Notes under the pieces: model-generated | What the model was told of the DNA's origin: nothing | Databases searched by the model: none | Seen by the model: the letters and a program-made list of their open reading frames with translations, nothing else | Program-made: the position numbers and the translations under genes | Part shown: one piece after another, positions 19,427 to 28,174 of the stretch | Layout: the number at the start of each line of letters is the position of its first letter | How positions within the stretch are numbered: the first letter of the stretch is position 1 | Assembly (NCBI GenBank): GCA_965205015.1 | Contig: OZ242029.1 | Span: 2,752,001-2,816,000, forward strand | Direction: 5' to 3' | DNA from: Candidatus Poribacteria bacterium | GTDB lineage: Bacteria; Poribacteria; WGA-4E; WGA-3G | Length of the DNA: 64,000 nt

Positions 19427-20404
19427 TTAAAATCCGTCGGTATACCAAAAAATATGATGCGATTGGATACCTTGTTCCAAGGGTTTCGGTTGATTGTGTA
19501 ACAGGTTTGGAATCGAATTGAACGCCGGTGATGCCATTTTCTCCGAAAGCACGGCGGGTTGAACGATACGGTACATCGCACTCCCCTGTTCCTCAAGCGT
19601 TGGCGCATTGAAACCATCGGCAATAGGTGCGGGATAGATAACTTCAAGGGATTCCGCATCCATCTGTGCGATAATATGAGAGAGCATGTCTTCGAGAAGG
19701 TGTTTACCTCTATCTCTCTCAAAGGCTCCCTCTGAGGCGATAAACTCTTTAACACCCAACTCATCCTCGCGGGGGTTGACGGAGATGTAGCCTTCAATGG
19801 TGCCGTCCCGCTCAGCAACCCATGCGTTCGAGGACTCGGTTCGCACCCACTTCGTCCAATACGCGATTTCATCTCTAACAAGCGTGCCGTTAAATTTTCG
19901 CGCATATCGGTCATAAAGATCAGCGATCCGTGTAACTTCGACTTCATCATCAAAATTGGCTGGGCGGACTTCCCATGCCGACTCTTTTTCAGCAGTGAAA
20001 GATTGTTTTGCGTAGTAGCGAGGGACCTTTTCCCACCCTTCAATCGAATAGATGCGTTGGCTTCCGAAAAGCACAGAAACAGCAATGTCGCGGGACTCCA
20101 TGAACTGGATCGAATCTTTGAGGAGTTGTGTAGCGATGCCGCGTCGGCGGTATTCTGGGCGCGTGCTGACCTCGCCGATGCCGCCAACGGTTATCGGTTC
20201 CCCGTGCAAAAATATCTTTCGGATAAAGACGCGCACTGTGCTAACGATAGTCCCATTGTCAACTGCGACGCGGATACCCTCAGCGTCCCGCCATGGATCG
20301 TTGTGCCAGTGATTAGAAAAGTATTGACGGCCCCCTGTAAAGACAGATGTGACATGGTCCAGCCACGCTTCTAATTCTTCAGGGTGAAGAGCACGAAATT
20401 CCAT
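19427..20404 (-). CDS. GNAT family N-acetyltransferase (Eis-like)
   Basis: GGIGEVSTRPEYRRRGIATQLL acetyl-CoA motif; start taken at MEFRAL. Confidence 0.85.
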   Translation of the reverse strand: MEFRALHPEELEAWLDHVTSVFTGGRQYFSNHWHNDPWRDAEGIRVAVDNGTIVSTVRVFIRKIFLHGEPITVGGIGEVSTRPEYRRRGIATQLLKDSIQFMESRDIAVSVLFGSQRIYSIEGWEKVPRYYAKQSFTAEKESAWEVRPANFDDEVEVTRIADLYDRYARKFNGTLVRDEIAYWTKWVRTESSNAWVAERDGTIEGYISVNPREDELGVKEFIASEGAFERDRGKHLLEDMLSHIIAQMDAESLEVIYPAPIADGFNAPTLEEQGSAMYRIVQPAVLSEKMASPAFNSIPNLLHNQPKPLEQGIQSHHIFWYTDGF

Positions 20405-20532
20405 TTTTAATGATACCTTGTGGAAGAACACCGGGTGTTAAGACTATTGTGTATATTCCTGAAATCCGCCTGCATGTTTTTGCTTGGGTATTTCTGCGTA
20501 TTGTTGCAGGAAACCGTGATTCTGGTTTTATC

Positions 20533-22554
20533 TTAAAACTTTATCGTTAACTCACCGACGAACTGACGCGACTCATTACGGCTCCCAAACACTTCGTAGA
20601 GGTCGCCAGAGACATCGTAAAACCGACGGATGAAATTGCGGCTTGTTTCCGCTGGATTCAGATCCGCATAACGCAGCCATAGATTCGTCCGAGACCAGAT
20701 ATCCCAATTGAGTTCAACAACCGTAGCGCTCGCGTCGCCGGTGTCTATTCTCTGTTGTTTGTTGAGGTCAGGGAAAAGGGCGTCCTGTGTCAAATCAGAC
20801 GTGCCATCAACACGACCGATGGATAGGTTCAATTCCTTGTATCGATACGGATTTGGATTCGTGATGAATTTCAGATTCGCGGCGAACGCATTCTCCAACG
20901 CTTGTGTCTCGAAGTTGTAGCTATCTTCTACCTTTGCAGGCGTAACATAACGTTCATCCTGTTCGCCATACGTCAACTCATCAAGGAATGTCAGGTGCCA
21001 CCGCTCAGAGAGACTATAGGTCCACCCAAACATGTTTTTGAGTTCCAGTTGGTTGAGTTCATCTTGAACATCGGTTGAAATGTCAATGTCTTCATAATCT
21101 TCCAAGTAGTTGTTGCGGAGATTGGCGGCGCGAACGCTGTAAAAACCGTTCATGTGTGAGGGTTTCACGGTAAATCCGCTGACAGAATATTGTGCGATGG
21201 TAAAATCACTATCGTCTCGTAGATAGAGGTATCCAGCAGCGTCCAGATCCAAGAAGGTCTGATCGTGTTTTTCCTCACTGAGTTGATCGGTTTCATAAAC
21301 GATGCGCCCGAGGTACCGTCCATTGAGATCGAACTTCTGGATCCGTGAGATGATGTTATGAAAGAGCGTCAGACGAATGTCTTTGCGTTTCAGCTCTTCG
21401 GCGAGTTCTTCTTTGTCTTCCGCATCGGTTTCATCGGCATAGTATCGACTGTATTCTGCTTCCTCCAGTAGTCGGACGCGTCGATTCAAGGCGGCAGTAT
21501 CGGCAGTCGTAGCGGGACTCTGTGCGAACGGTCCGTATCGTGGATGCGTTGCATTCGTAATCGCGTCAGCAAGTTCCGCTTGACCTGGCGTGATTTCCGT
21601 GAGTTGCGTCAATGTCGGGGAGAGCGCAATAATTTCTGGGAGTCCACCGATTTTTCTCCGGAACCGACTGGCATCTTTAACGAGGATCTCGCCGGTAGGG
21701 AGGGCAACAAGTGCCATCGGTTTCATAAATTCACCATTGCCTCGTCCTTTTCTCCCAAAACTGCCGAGCGGTTTCCCCGCGGCGTCGAACCTCACAACCC
21801 GGTGGTTCCCGGTGTCTGCGATCAGTACATTTCCCCGGGCATCAATTGCGATGTCCGAGGCATCCATATCAAACTCTCCTTCGCCTGCCCCATACCTCGC
21901 GAAAGTGAGCAACCTCTCTCCATCGGTACTGAACTTATGGACGCGTCCGAGTTCTGCGTCTAAAACGTAAAGTTCATTTTCGGCGTTGCGAGCGACGCGG
22001 AGGGCTCTATCATAACCCTTCGGTTGAATGGCGAAAGCGGTTTTCCCTTGCTCGTCAATGATGAGATTCGCCGGTAAAACGACTTTGGGAAGGACATCCA
22101 TAGGATCGACAAAGTAGGTGTCTAACAACTCACCCTTCCCACTGAATTTGTGGATGCACGGCGCGAACATATAAACTTTCGGGGTACCTGCTTCAGTGCC
22201 TGTCTCTGCGATGTGCTGAATCGTTACATCGGCAACGTAGATATTCCCGAAACTATCTACGGTGAGGTGTCCGGGTTTCCGCAGGATATTGTCTGGAGAT
22301 TCCGGTGCTTCTGGAATTTGGAACAGGAATTCGCCTGTCGCTGATAATTTCTGTATCAGCCTATTTTCGGCGTCGCTGACGTAGATGTTTTGGTCGTCAA
22401 AGGCGAGGTGGATCTCCTTGCCAAACCGTCCTTGGGTTGCGCCTTTTCCTGCGAATTCACGTTCTAATTGGATAAAGTCTACTGGGAACGCCGAATTTAA
22501 TCCGATGCATAGTAAACAGAGGGTGAGTCGTATGATGATGAACGTATTTTTCAT
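20533..22554 (-). CDS. Secreted NHL-repeat (beta-propeller) protein
   Basis: Signal peptide; IYVSDAENRLIQK, GNVLIADTGNHRVVRFD, FGRKGRGNGEF NHL repeats; C-terminal beta-strand-rich region ending in F. Confidence 0.75.
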   Translation of the reverse strand: MKNTFIIIRLTLCLLCIGLNSAFPVDFIQLEREFAGKGATQGRFGKEIHLAFDDQNIYVSDAENRLIQKLSATGEFLFQIPEAPESPDNILRKPGHLTVDSFGNIYVADVTIQHIAETGTEAGTPKVYMFAPCIHKFSGKGELLDTYFVDPMDVLPKVVLPANLIIDEQGKTAFAIQPKGYDRALRVARNAENELYVLDAELGRVHKFSTDGERLLTFARYGAGEGEFDMDASDIAIDARGNVLIADTGNHRVVRFDAAGKPLGSFGRKGRGNGEFMKPMALVALPTGEILVKDASRFRRKIGGLPEIIALSPTLTQLTEITPGQAELADAITNATHPRYGPFAQSPATTADTAALNRRVRLLEEAEYSRYYADETDAEDKEELAEELKRKDIRLTLFHNIISRIQKFDLNGRYLGRIVYETDQLSEEKHDQTFLDLDAAGYLYLRDDSDFTIAQYSVSGFTVKPSHMNGFYSVRAANLRNNYLEDYEDIDISTDVQDELNQLELKNMFGWTYSLSERWHLTFLDELTYGEQDERYVTPAKVEDSYNFETQALENAFAANLKFITNPNPYRYKELNLSIGRVDGTSDLTQDALFPDLNKQQRIDTGDASATVVELNWDIWSRTNLWLRYADLNPAETSRNFIRRFYDVSGDLYEVFGSRNESRQFVGELTIKF

Positions 22555-22569
22555 TATGAAGTATCTTTT

Positions 22570-23076
22570 TTACGGTTTAACGATTTGATCCTGCAATAGT
22601 GGCGCAAGTTCCTTACGCAGTTGTTGCATTTCGGCTTGCATCGCTTCAAGCCCTTTCTGCATCTCATTTTGATTACGTTGCCTGGAAACAAGGATAAGCT
22701 GCGGAATACCGATTGCCAACACAATTAACGCGATAAGTGCCGTCACTAATATCACAAGCAGATTCATGTTTCTATCAACACCCTCTATTCTCCCTGGTAA
22801 ATCCGCTATTTTACCTTCAAGTGTTGTGAGTCTGTCTTCAAGCGTTGTGATTTTACCCTCAAGTGTTGTGATTTTACCCTCAAGTGTTGTGATTTTGCCT
22901 GTGAGCCTGCTTTCAAGTCCCTCAAGTTTTAAATCAATATATTCGCGCGTCCGTTTTTCCGATGCAGAGACGGCTTTTTCTACGATATTGGAGATTGTTT
23001 GAACATCTGCTGGCGTCAATTCAGCAAACGCCGAGGGCGTGAATAAGAGACAGACCACTATTACCAAGTTTTTCAT
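22570..23076 (-). CDS. Hypothetical membrane-anchored coiled-coil protein with LEGKITT heptad repeats
   Basis: Signal peptide, tandem heptads, one TM helix. Confidence 0.7.
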   Translation of the reverse strand: MKNLVIVVCLLFTPSAFAELTPADVQTISNIVEKAVSASEKRTREYIDLKLEGLESRLTGKITTLEGKITTLEGKITTLEDRLTTLEGKIADLPGRIEGVDRNMNLLVILVTALIALIVLAIGIPQLILVSRQRNQNEMQKGLEAMQAEMQQLRKELAPLLQDQIVKP

Positions 23077-23203
23077 GGCGATTCCCTTTAGTGTCAGTTT
23101 TGATCTGAGTTAGAGGCCTTAAATCTTAAATATGGTACACGCTTCTGATATGAATGTCAAGACAAAACGTTTCAATCCGATTGCTGATGGCTGACCGCCG
23201 CTA

Positions 23204-25120
23204 CTAATCCGGTAAAATCCGATATCCGGTACTAATCCCTGTAATCATTCCGATAATTGCCCAGAGTCCAGCACACGTCATCTCTCCGATAACGAGTCCG
23301 AGGAAGATAGGTCTCGCGCTCCGATACGCCTTCAATCCACCATATTTCACGATGCTAAACTTCAGACCCCAGCCCAAAAATATGGAGAACCACAGTTTAA
23401 ACGTTGCCCATGAACTCAACATCGTATAGCCGAGCGGATGCAGGGGCCACCAGATAAACGTCTGACGCATCCACATCAGCCAGATTGTGAACCCGCTTCC
23501 GAAGACCATAAAGCCCGTATTCGTCCAATTCGTGCTTGTTTTCGGACTGACCAGCAGTCCCTCGAGCTGGCGCATGAACCAACTCCCACCTGTGTAAGGT
23601 GCCCCGTGTGCATAACTCACCTTGATCGCAGAGTAATAGGAAACACCCAGTCCGATAACCATTGCGACCGCCATCGCGATGAGCAGTTGTCGGCGTTTGA
23701 CGCGGGCATCATCTGCCGCTTTCAATCCGTTCATGATGTTCGGCATCATAAATTCACGAAGGTCCAACGTGAGACACACCGGATGCATCATTATTGAAGT
23801 CAATGTAGAGGGGTGGATTTTTGAGGTACCCAGCGTCGTTAGGAAGAAACTCTGTGGTGAAAACGATGGATTGATGAACGGAATCCCGCCGTTAATCACC
23901 TGCCACGTCAGCAGCACATACATCGCGAGCAGAAACAGCACAAAACCGAAAGCAAAGAGGAGGGACATTCCCATCAAATGATTGAAAAACGCAAGCACGC
24001 AGATACCACCAAGGAGTCCGAAGATCGTAACGCCGTGGGGCAATGCCTCATCGGAGGGACGGAACTGGAACATGGTTTTAATGTGATGTCTCGCTTTCCA
24101 GAGCGCGATAGCAACAAACGTCAGACAGGCACCCGCCTCCTGCGCAGCACTGAACGACTTACCCGTCCACTGCACTCCGGGTCCCGAACTGAGTTGGAAA
24201 CCGAGGATTACACCCAATAGGCATTGGAGTTTGTAAAACACGAAGAAAAACCAGATGCTGAACGATACCTCCAAAGTGAGCAGATAACTGAACCCTACCA
24301 TCGACCAGAAGATGACGATCTGAAACGGGCGGAGCGCGGTCCACGGCTTTTCAGAGAGGTACGCGTTCAGCCAAAAATCGCGCGGGACATGCGGCATAGA
24401 CGGAAAGAACGTATGGAGACCGTTCATCGTATGTAGGAAGACAGGGAACGCAAACCCGAACCAGAGTGCGCTGTTCTTAAAGAGTGGACCGAGGCTCCCT
24501 CTACCTTGTGCTGCCATCTCTACAGGTAACTTAACGAGGGGGAAGGCACAGCGTTCGTACTCCACCCACTGCTTACGGAGCAGCACCGACAAACAGATCA
24601 TCACGAAATAGACGACGAGAACGTAGGCACTCCACGTTAAAATCGGGACGATCCACGGTCCCCACGGCACAGATTCCCCATCGAACAACCCCTCAAAGAA
24701 AGACTGCGCAGCGGTGTGGTCGCGAACCACGCGCCATTGTGGGATATAGTGATGGAATAGCGACTCCCAATCGTTTTCGGGTGTGGCGAGATACTGATAC
24801 GCCACCATCGGACTGAGGGCATAGCGCATCATCCCTGAAGATGGGATCCCGGCTGGCGCGAGCATGATACACCAGATCGTGACAAGTTCGCCGGGTGAGA
24901 ACGCCGAGGAAGGATGGACCCGCTTCAGGAGAACATTGATTCCCAATACAAAGAGCGTCAGCACAAAGAAGGGAGCAACAGGGAAATGTCCACCTGCGAG
25001 GAAGATGTTGCGGATGACGTAATCGTTATAGGGGGCGAGGAGACATTCGGTCGTCGCGCACGCCAAGCCGATCAGCACTGCGCGCCACGTGAGACTGTCT
25101 CGGGTTTGTTGTTGAATCAA
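23204..25120 (-). CDS. Polytopic membrane protein (DUF6785/DUF6784-like)
   Basis: Many TM helices, LRKQWVEYER..FPL, WWPLHPLGY; TTG start at 25120 with AGGAAAGG RBS. Confidence 0.75.
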   Translation of the reverse strand: MIQQQTRDSLTWRAVLIGLACATTECLLAPYNDYVIRNIFLAGGHFPVAPFFVLTLFVLGINVLLKRVHPSSAFSPGELVTIWCIMLAPAGIPSSGMMRYALSPMVAYQYLATPENDWESLFHHYIPQWRVVRDHTAAQSFFEGLFDGESVPWGPWIVPILTWSAYVLVVYFVMICLSVLLRKQWVEYERCAFPLVKLPVEMAAQGRGSLGPLFKNSALWFGFAFPVFLHTMNGLHTFFPSMPHVPRDFWLNAYLSEKPWTALRPFQIVIFWSMVGFSYLLTLEVSFSIWFFFVFYKLQCLLGVILGFQLSSGPGVQWTGKSFSAAQEAGACLTFVAIALWKARHHIKTMFQFRPSDEALPHGVTIFGLLGGICVLAFFNHLMGMSLLFAFGFVLFLLAMYVLLTWQVINGGIPFINPSFSPQSFFLTTLGTSKIHPSTLTSIMMHPVCLTLDLREFMMPNIMNGLKAADDARVKRRQLLIAMAVAMVIGLGVSYYSAIKVSYAHGAPYTGGSWFMRQLEGLLVSPKTSTNWTNTGFMVFGSGFTIWLMWMRQTFIWWPLHPLGYTMLSSWATFKLWFSIFLGWGLKFSIVKYGGLKAYRSARPIFLGLVIGEMTCAGLWAIIGMITGISTGYRILPD

Positions 25121-25180
25121 TGTGTTGCCTTTCCTGTTCTTATGCTTTCGACGATAAGTATACCACATCCCCATTTTTTT

Positions 25181-25305
25181 TATAGTAAAACCCAAAAATA
25201 AGTGAACATTCGTAGCACAAACTGTCCAGTTTGTGCAGGGGAGGCACGCAAACTAACAGTTTGCGCTACCATCGGGGTGCCCAAGTAATTATTGACTCTA
25301 CTATA
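25181..25305. mobile_element. Correia-like MITE (TATAGT...ACTATA ends) carrying an inverted REP doublet
   Basis: 28-bp imperfect TIRs TATAGTAAAACCCAAAAATAAGTGAACA / rc TATAGTAGAGTCAATAATTACTTGGGCA; interior GTAGCACAAACTG..CAGTTTGTGC and GCAAACTAACAGTTTGCGCTAC. Confidence 0.65.
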
Positions 25306-25332
25306 ATAGCACAATTTTCCGGTAGGCGGGAA

Positions 25333-25422
25333 GAAATCCGCAGAAATCCGCAGAAATCCCCTATCAAAAACCCCTATCAATCCGCAGAAATCCCCAAGCA
25401 AAAACACCCCAAGCAAAAACAC
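25333..25422 (+). repeat. Mosaic tandem array of GAAATCCGCA / CCCCTATCAA / CCCAAGCAAAAAC units
   Basis: Read directly from the sequence. Confidence 0.75.
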
Positions 25423-25437
25423 GCCGGTTCCCGACAA

Positions 25438-25521
25438 TATTGGTTATCGGCGATCGGTAAGGAGGTTTTCGTTTAAAACGCCCTTTTGCCGACTGCCGAC
25501 TGTCGACTGCTGACTGCCATT
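25438..25521. repeat. Heptamer inverted-array element
   Basis: GGTTATCGGCGATCGGT ... GCCGACTGCCGACTGTCGACTGCTGACTGCCAT. Confidence 0.6.
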
Positions 25522-25625
25522 CTTGACTGAACGGCTCTGATTGACGGTCGATTAGGTATGGACTTTCATGGACGCGTATGATACAATAAATCCCTAAGAA
25601 TTTTAACGCAAACCCGGAGAAAAAA

Positions 25626-26853
25626 ATGAGACGTTTTGGCACCCAAGGCCGCGTCTATCCTGATCGGCACTACGTTGTCTCGCGGACGGAGGAGATTACT
25701 GACTTTATTGACCGCATCAAAGACGGACGCTACGTCGTCCTCTTTGCACCCCGCCAGACCGGAAAGACCACGTTTTTCCGATTCGCACTTGACGCACTCA
25801 TTGCGACATCATCCCTCTATTTCCCAATTCAACTGAATTTTGAAGCGTATAAAAATCTCGCCGCTGCCGATTTTTATGAGGCTTTCTATAAGCGGGTTCG
25901 CAGAGAAATTGATCGGGTTTTCCAAAAACGGGGACACGTGCCTTCTGAGGGGCTCACGCGCTTCCTTGATAGCGTGAAACTCACCAATCACATTTTGATG
26001 ATGGAGTTCTTTGAGGCGCTTGATGGCTTTTTGGAGCGTCAATATAGGGAGCAGAAGGTAGTTCTCATCATAGACGAGTTTGATGGGATCCCGCAGACGG
26101 TTTTGAGTGATTTTCTTCATTCGCTGCGTGCTATCTATCTCTCTGATGAAAGGCGATGTCCCCATAGTGTTGGCATTGTCGGGGTCAAAAGCATTGCACA
26201 ACTTAACTATGACAGATCCGTTTCGCCGTTCAATATACAAGATGAATTCCATCTGCCCAACTTCACGTGCCAACAGGTGCGAGAACTCTTGGCGCAGTAT
26301 ACAGACGAAGTCGGACAGCCTTTCGCGTCACCTGATTAACGGACTTGAAGGGGACTACTTCTCGGAAAATAGTGACACCGACTTTATCGATTATCTCACT
26401 CCCACTGGACTGCTCTTAATGGCACCGCTACTGGATAACTTCAGAGATTTCATCGCCCGCGCCGGGTTCCGCATCCTGCAGGTGCCAGATACCCCGCAAG
26501 AGTTTGTCGGGCAGTATCTACTGTACACCTATCTGGACCAATTTGTCCGGAGCGTGCGCGGGAGCATGTACCTTGAGGTGCAAACCGGACGTGGCAGAAT
26601 GGATCTCATCGTTCTGCATAACAACCGAAAATACATCGTTGAGACCAAGATTTGGGAAGGTGAACGGCGGTATCAAGCCGGCAAAAAGCAGCTCGCGACG
26701 TATCTCAAGTTAGAAGGGGCAGGAGAAGGGTATTACGTCATCTTTGACCACCGCGTCACGCCTGAACCTCGTGTAGAAACAGAGACGCTCGAAGGATTAA
26801 CAATTCGGAGTTACGTGATCCCGGTGATACAGGAGCACCCCTCCTCGACTTGA
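25626..26853 (+). pseudogene. AAA_35-like ATPase with C-terminal PD-(D/E)XK-like domain; frameshift and probable internal deletion near 26330
   Basis: APRQTGKTT and IIDEFD in one frame (stop 26339); LINGLE...EVQTGRGRMDL...IVETK continues in another frame to 26853. Confidence 0.75.
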
Positions 26854-26977
26854 GGAATTTATAGTGCCGCCGCAAAAAAAATGATGCGATGCCGTGCGGC
26901 AAGCCGTTCGGAACTATCTGAAACTCCCCAAGGCATAAATTCACATAACTCAAAATTAACTTTTTTTGAAAAAATTG

Positions 26978-27006
26978 TTGACAAATTTGCGTTTTTTTTT
27001 TATAAT
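26978..27006 (+). promoter_or_regulatory. Consensus sigma70 promoter upstream of the cohesin cluster
   Basis: TTGACA-17nt-TATAAT; the spacer contains a T9 run. Confidence 0.65.
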
Positions 27007-27480
27007 CCCCGTCAATTAAACTTCACCATGCGGAAAAAGGTCCAACGCGCAGTGTTTCAAACCCCAGAACAGCATATAAAGGGACACGCATGCAGAGCGG
27101 ACATATCAATTTCAACATCACGAAAACGATTCTCCATACCCCTCCAATGCATGAGGTATATGGAAATGTTACGTCCTGCCGTGTCTTTTGTTTACCAACA
27201 ATTCGCCGTATTAACGCAGCGTTAATAACAGTTACACTGCCCCCTCCCACTTTACATTTGTTAGGTAGTATTTTTCACAATATGGTATCGGCAGTGATTG
27301 CCGTGCTGGTTTCTTCGCGCCCGCGCGCCCTTCGTCTCACACGGAGGGTCTCGTCGTGGACTTTTTTTGTTGTCACAATCGCACCAAAAATCCGCGCAAG
27401 CCGTGTCATCCGCAATTCAGACAACTTTTAGACCCAAACGATGTCTTTTGGACATCACAACTGTATCAAAGGAACCGCAA

Positions 27481-28119
27481 ATGCATAACAAACGAGTTTT
27501 CTATAGGATGGGACTGCCCCTTTTTTCGATGGTGATGGCGATGCTTCTCTGCTGTGTGGCTTTCATGGGATGTCCCGAAGCAGAGCAGATGACAGACAAT
27601 GTCCTACAGCCTCCGACAACAGATCCCAATGTGAATCCAAACGTAGACCCGAATATTGATCCCAATGTGGATCCGAATGCGGATCCGAAACCGGAAACCG
27701 TGGCACCGCTCCCCGCAGGCACCGTCGTCTTTGTGGAACCCAGACAGATGACCTCACCCGCCCCTGGGCAGCAACTACAGGTTCGGATTAATATCAAGGG
27801 TGCCGCAGATGTCTTGGCTTACGAAGCAACCGTCGGTTTCGATCCCACAGCACTCCGCTATGTGAGCATTGAGAATGCGGATTACCTCCCGACGGGCGCG
27901 TTTGCGTCGCCGCCACAGGTCACTGCGAACAGCGTCTACCTCGCAGCGACCTCCCTAACAGACACCGCAGCGCGAGTAAGCGGGACACTGGCGATTGTAA
28001 CATTTGAGGTAGTATCTGCCAAAGCCTCCACGATTACGCTCAGCAAGGTGTTGCTCTCCGATAGCAACGCCACCGCGTTAGACTTTACCAGCGTAGATGG
28101 TAAAGTTCGCGCCCCATAG
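27481..28119 (+). CDS. Lipoprotein with (D/N)PN(V/I/A) linker and a cohesin domain
   Basis: AAGGA RBS, lipobox AFMG-C, DPNV repeats, cohesin-like V.FDPTALRYV...GTLAIVTFEV. Confidence 0.75.
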   Translation: MHNKRVFYRMGLPLFSMVMAMLLCCVAFMGCPEAEQMTDNVLQPPTTDPNVNPNVDPNIDPNVDPNADPKPETVAPLPAGTVVFVEPRQMTSPAPGQQLQVRINIKGAADVLAYEATVGFDPTALRYVSIENADYLPTGAFASPPQVTANSVYLAATSLTDTAARVSGTLAIVTFEVVSAKASTITLSKVLLSDSNATALDFTSVDGKVRAP

Positions 28120-28174
28120 AGAAGCGGTTTGTAGGCGTGAACCCCTTTATCTGAAAAATAAAAGGAGATAAGAC

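Noticed and set aside
19417-20187. 256-aa overlapping ORF within the GNAT gene
   Set aside because: Alternate-frame shadow with no recognisable motif or RBS
25333-25422. Possible CRISPR or mini-array
   Set aside because: Units are short, abutting and irregular with no unique spacers; no cas genes in the window
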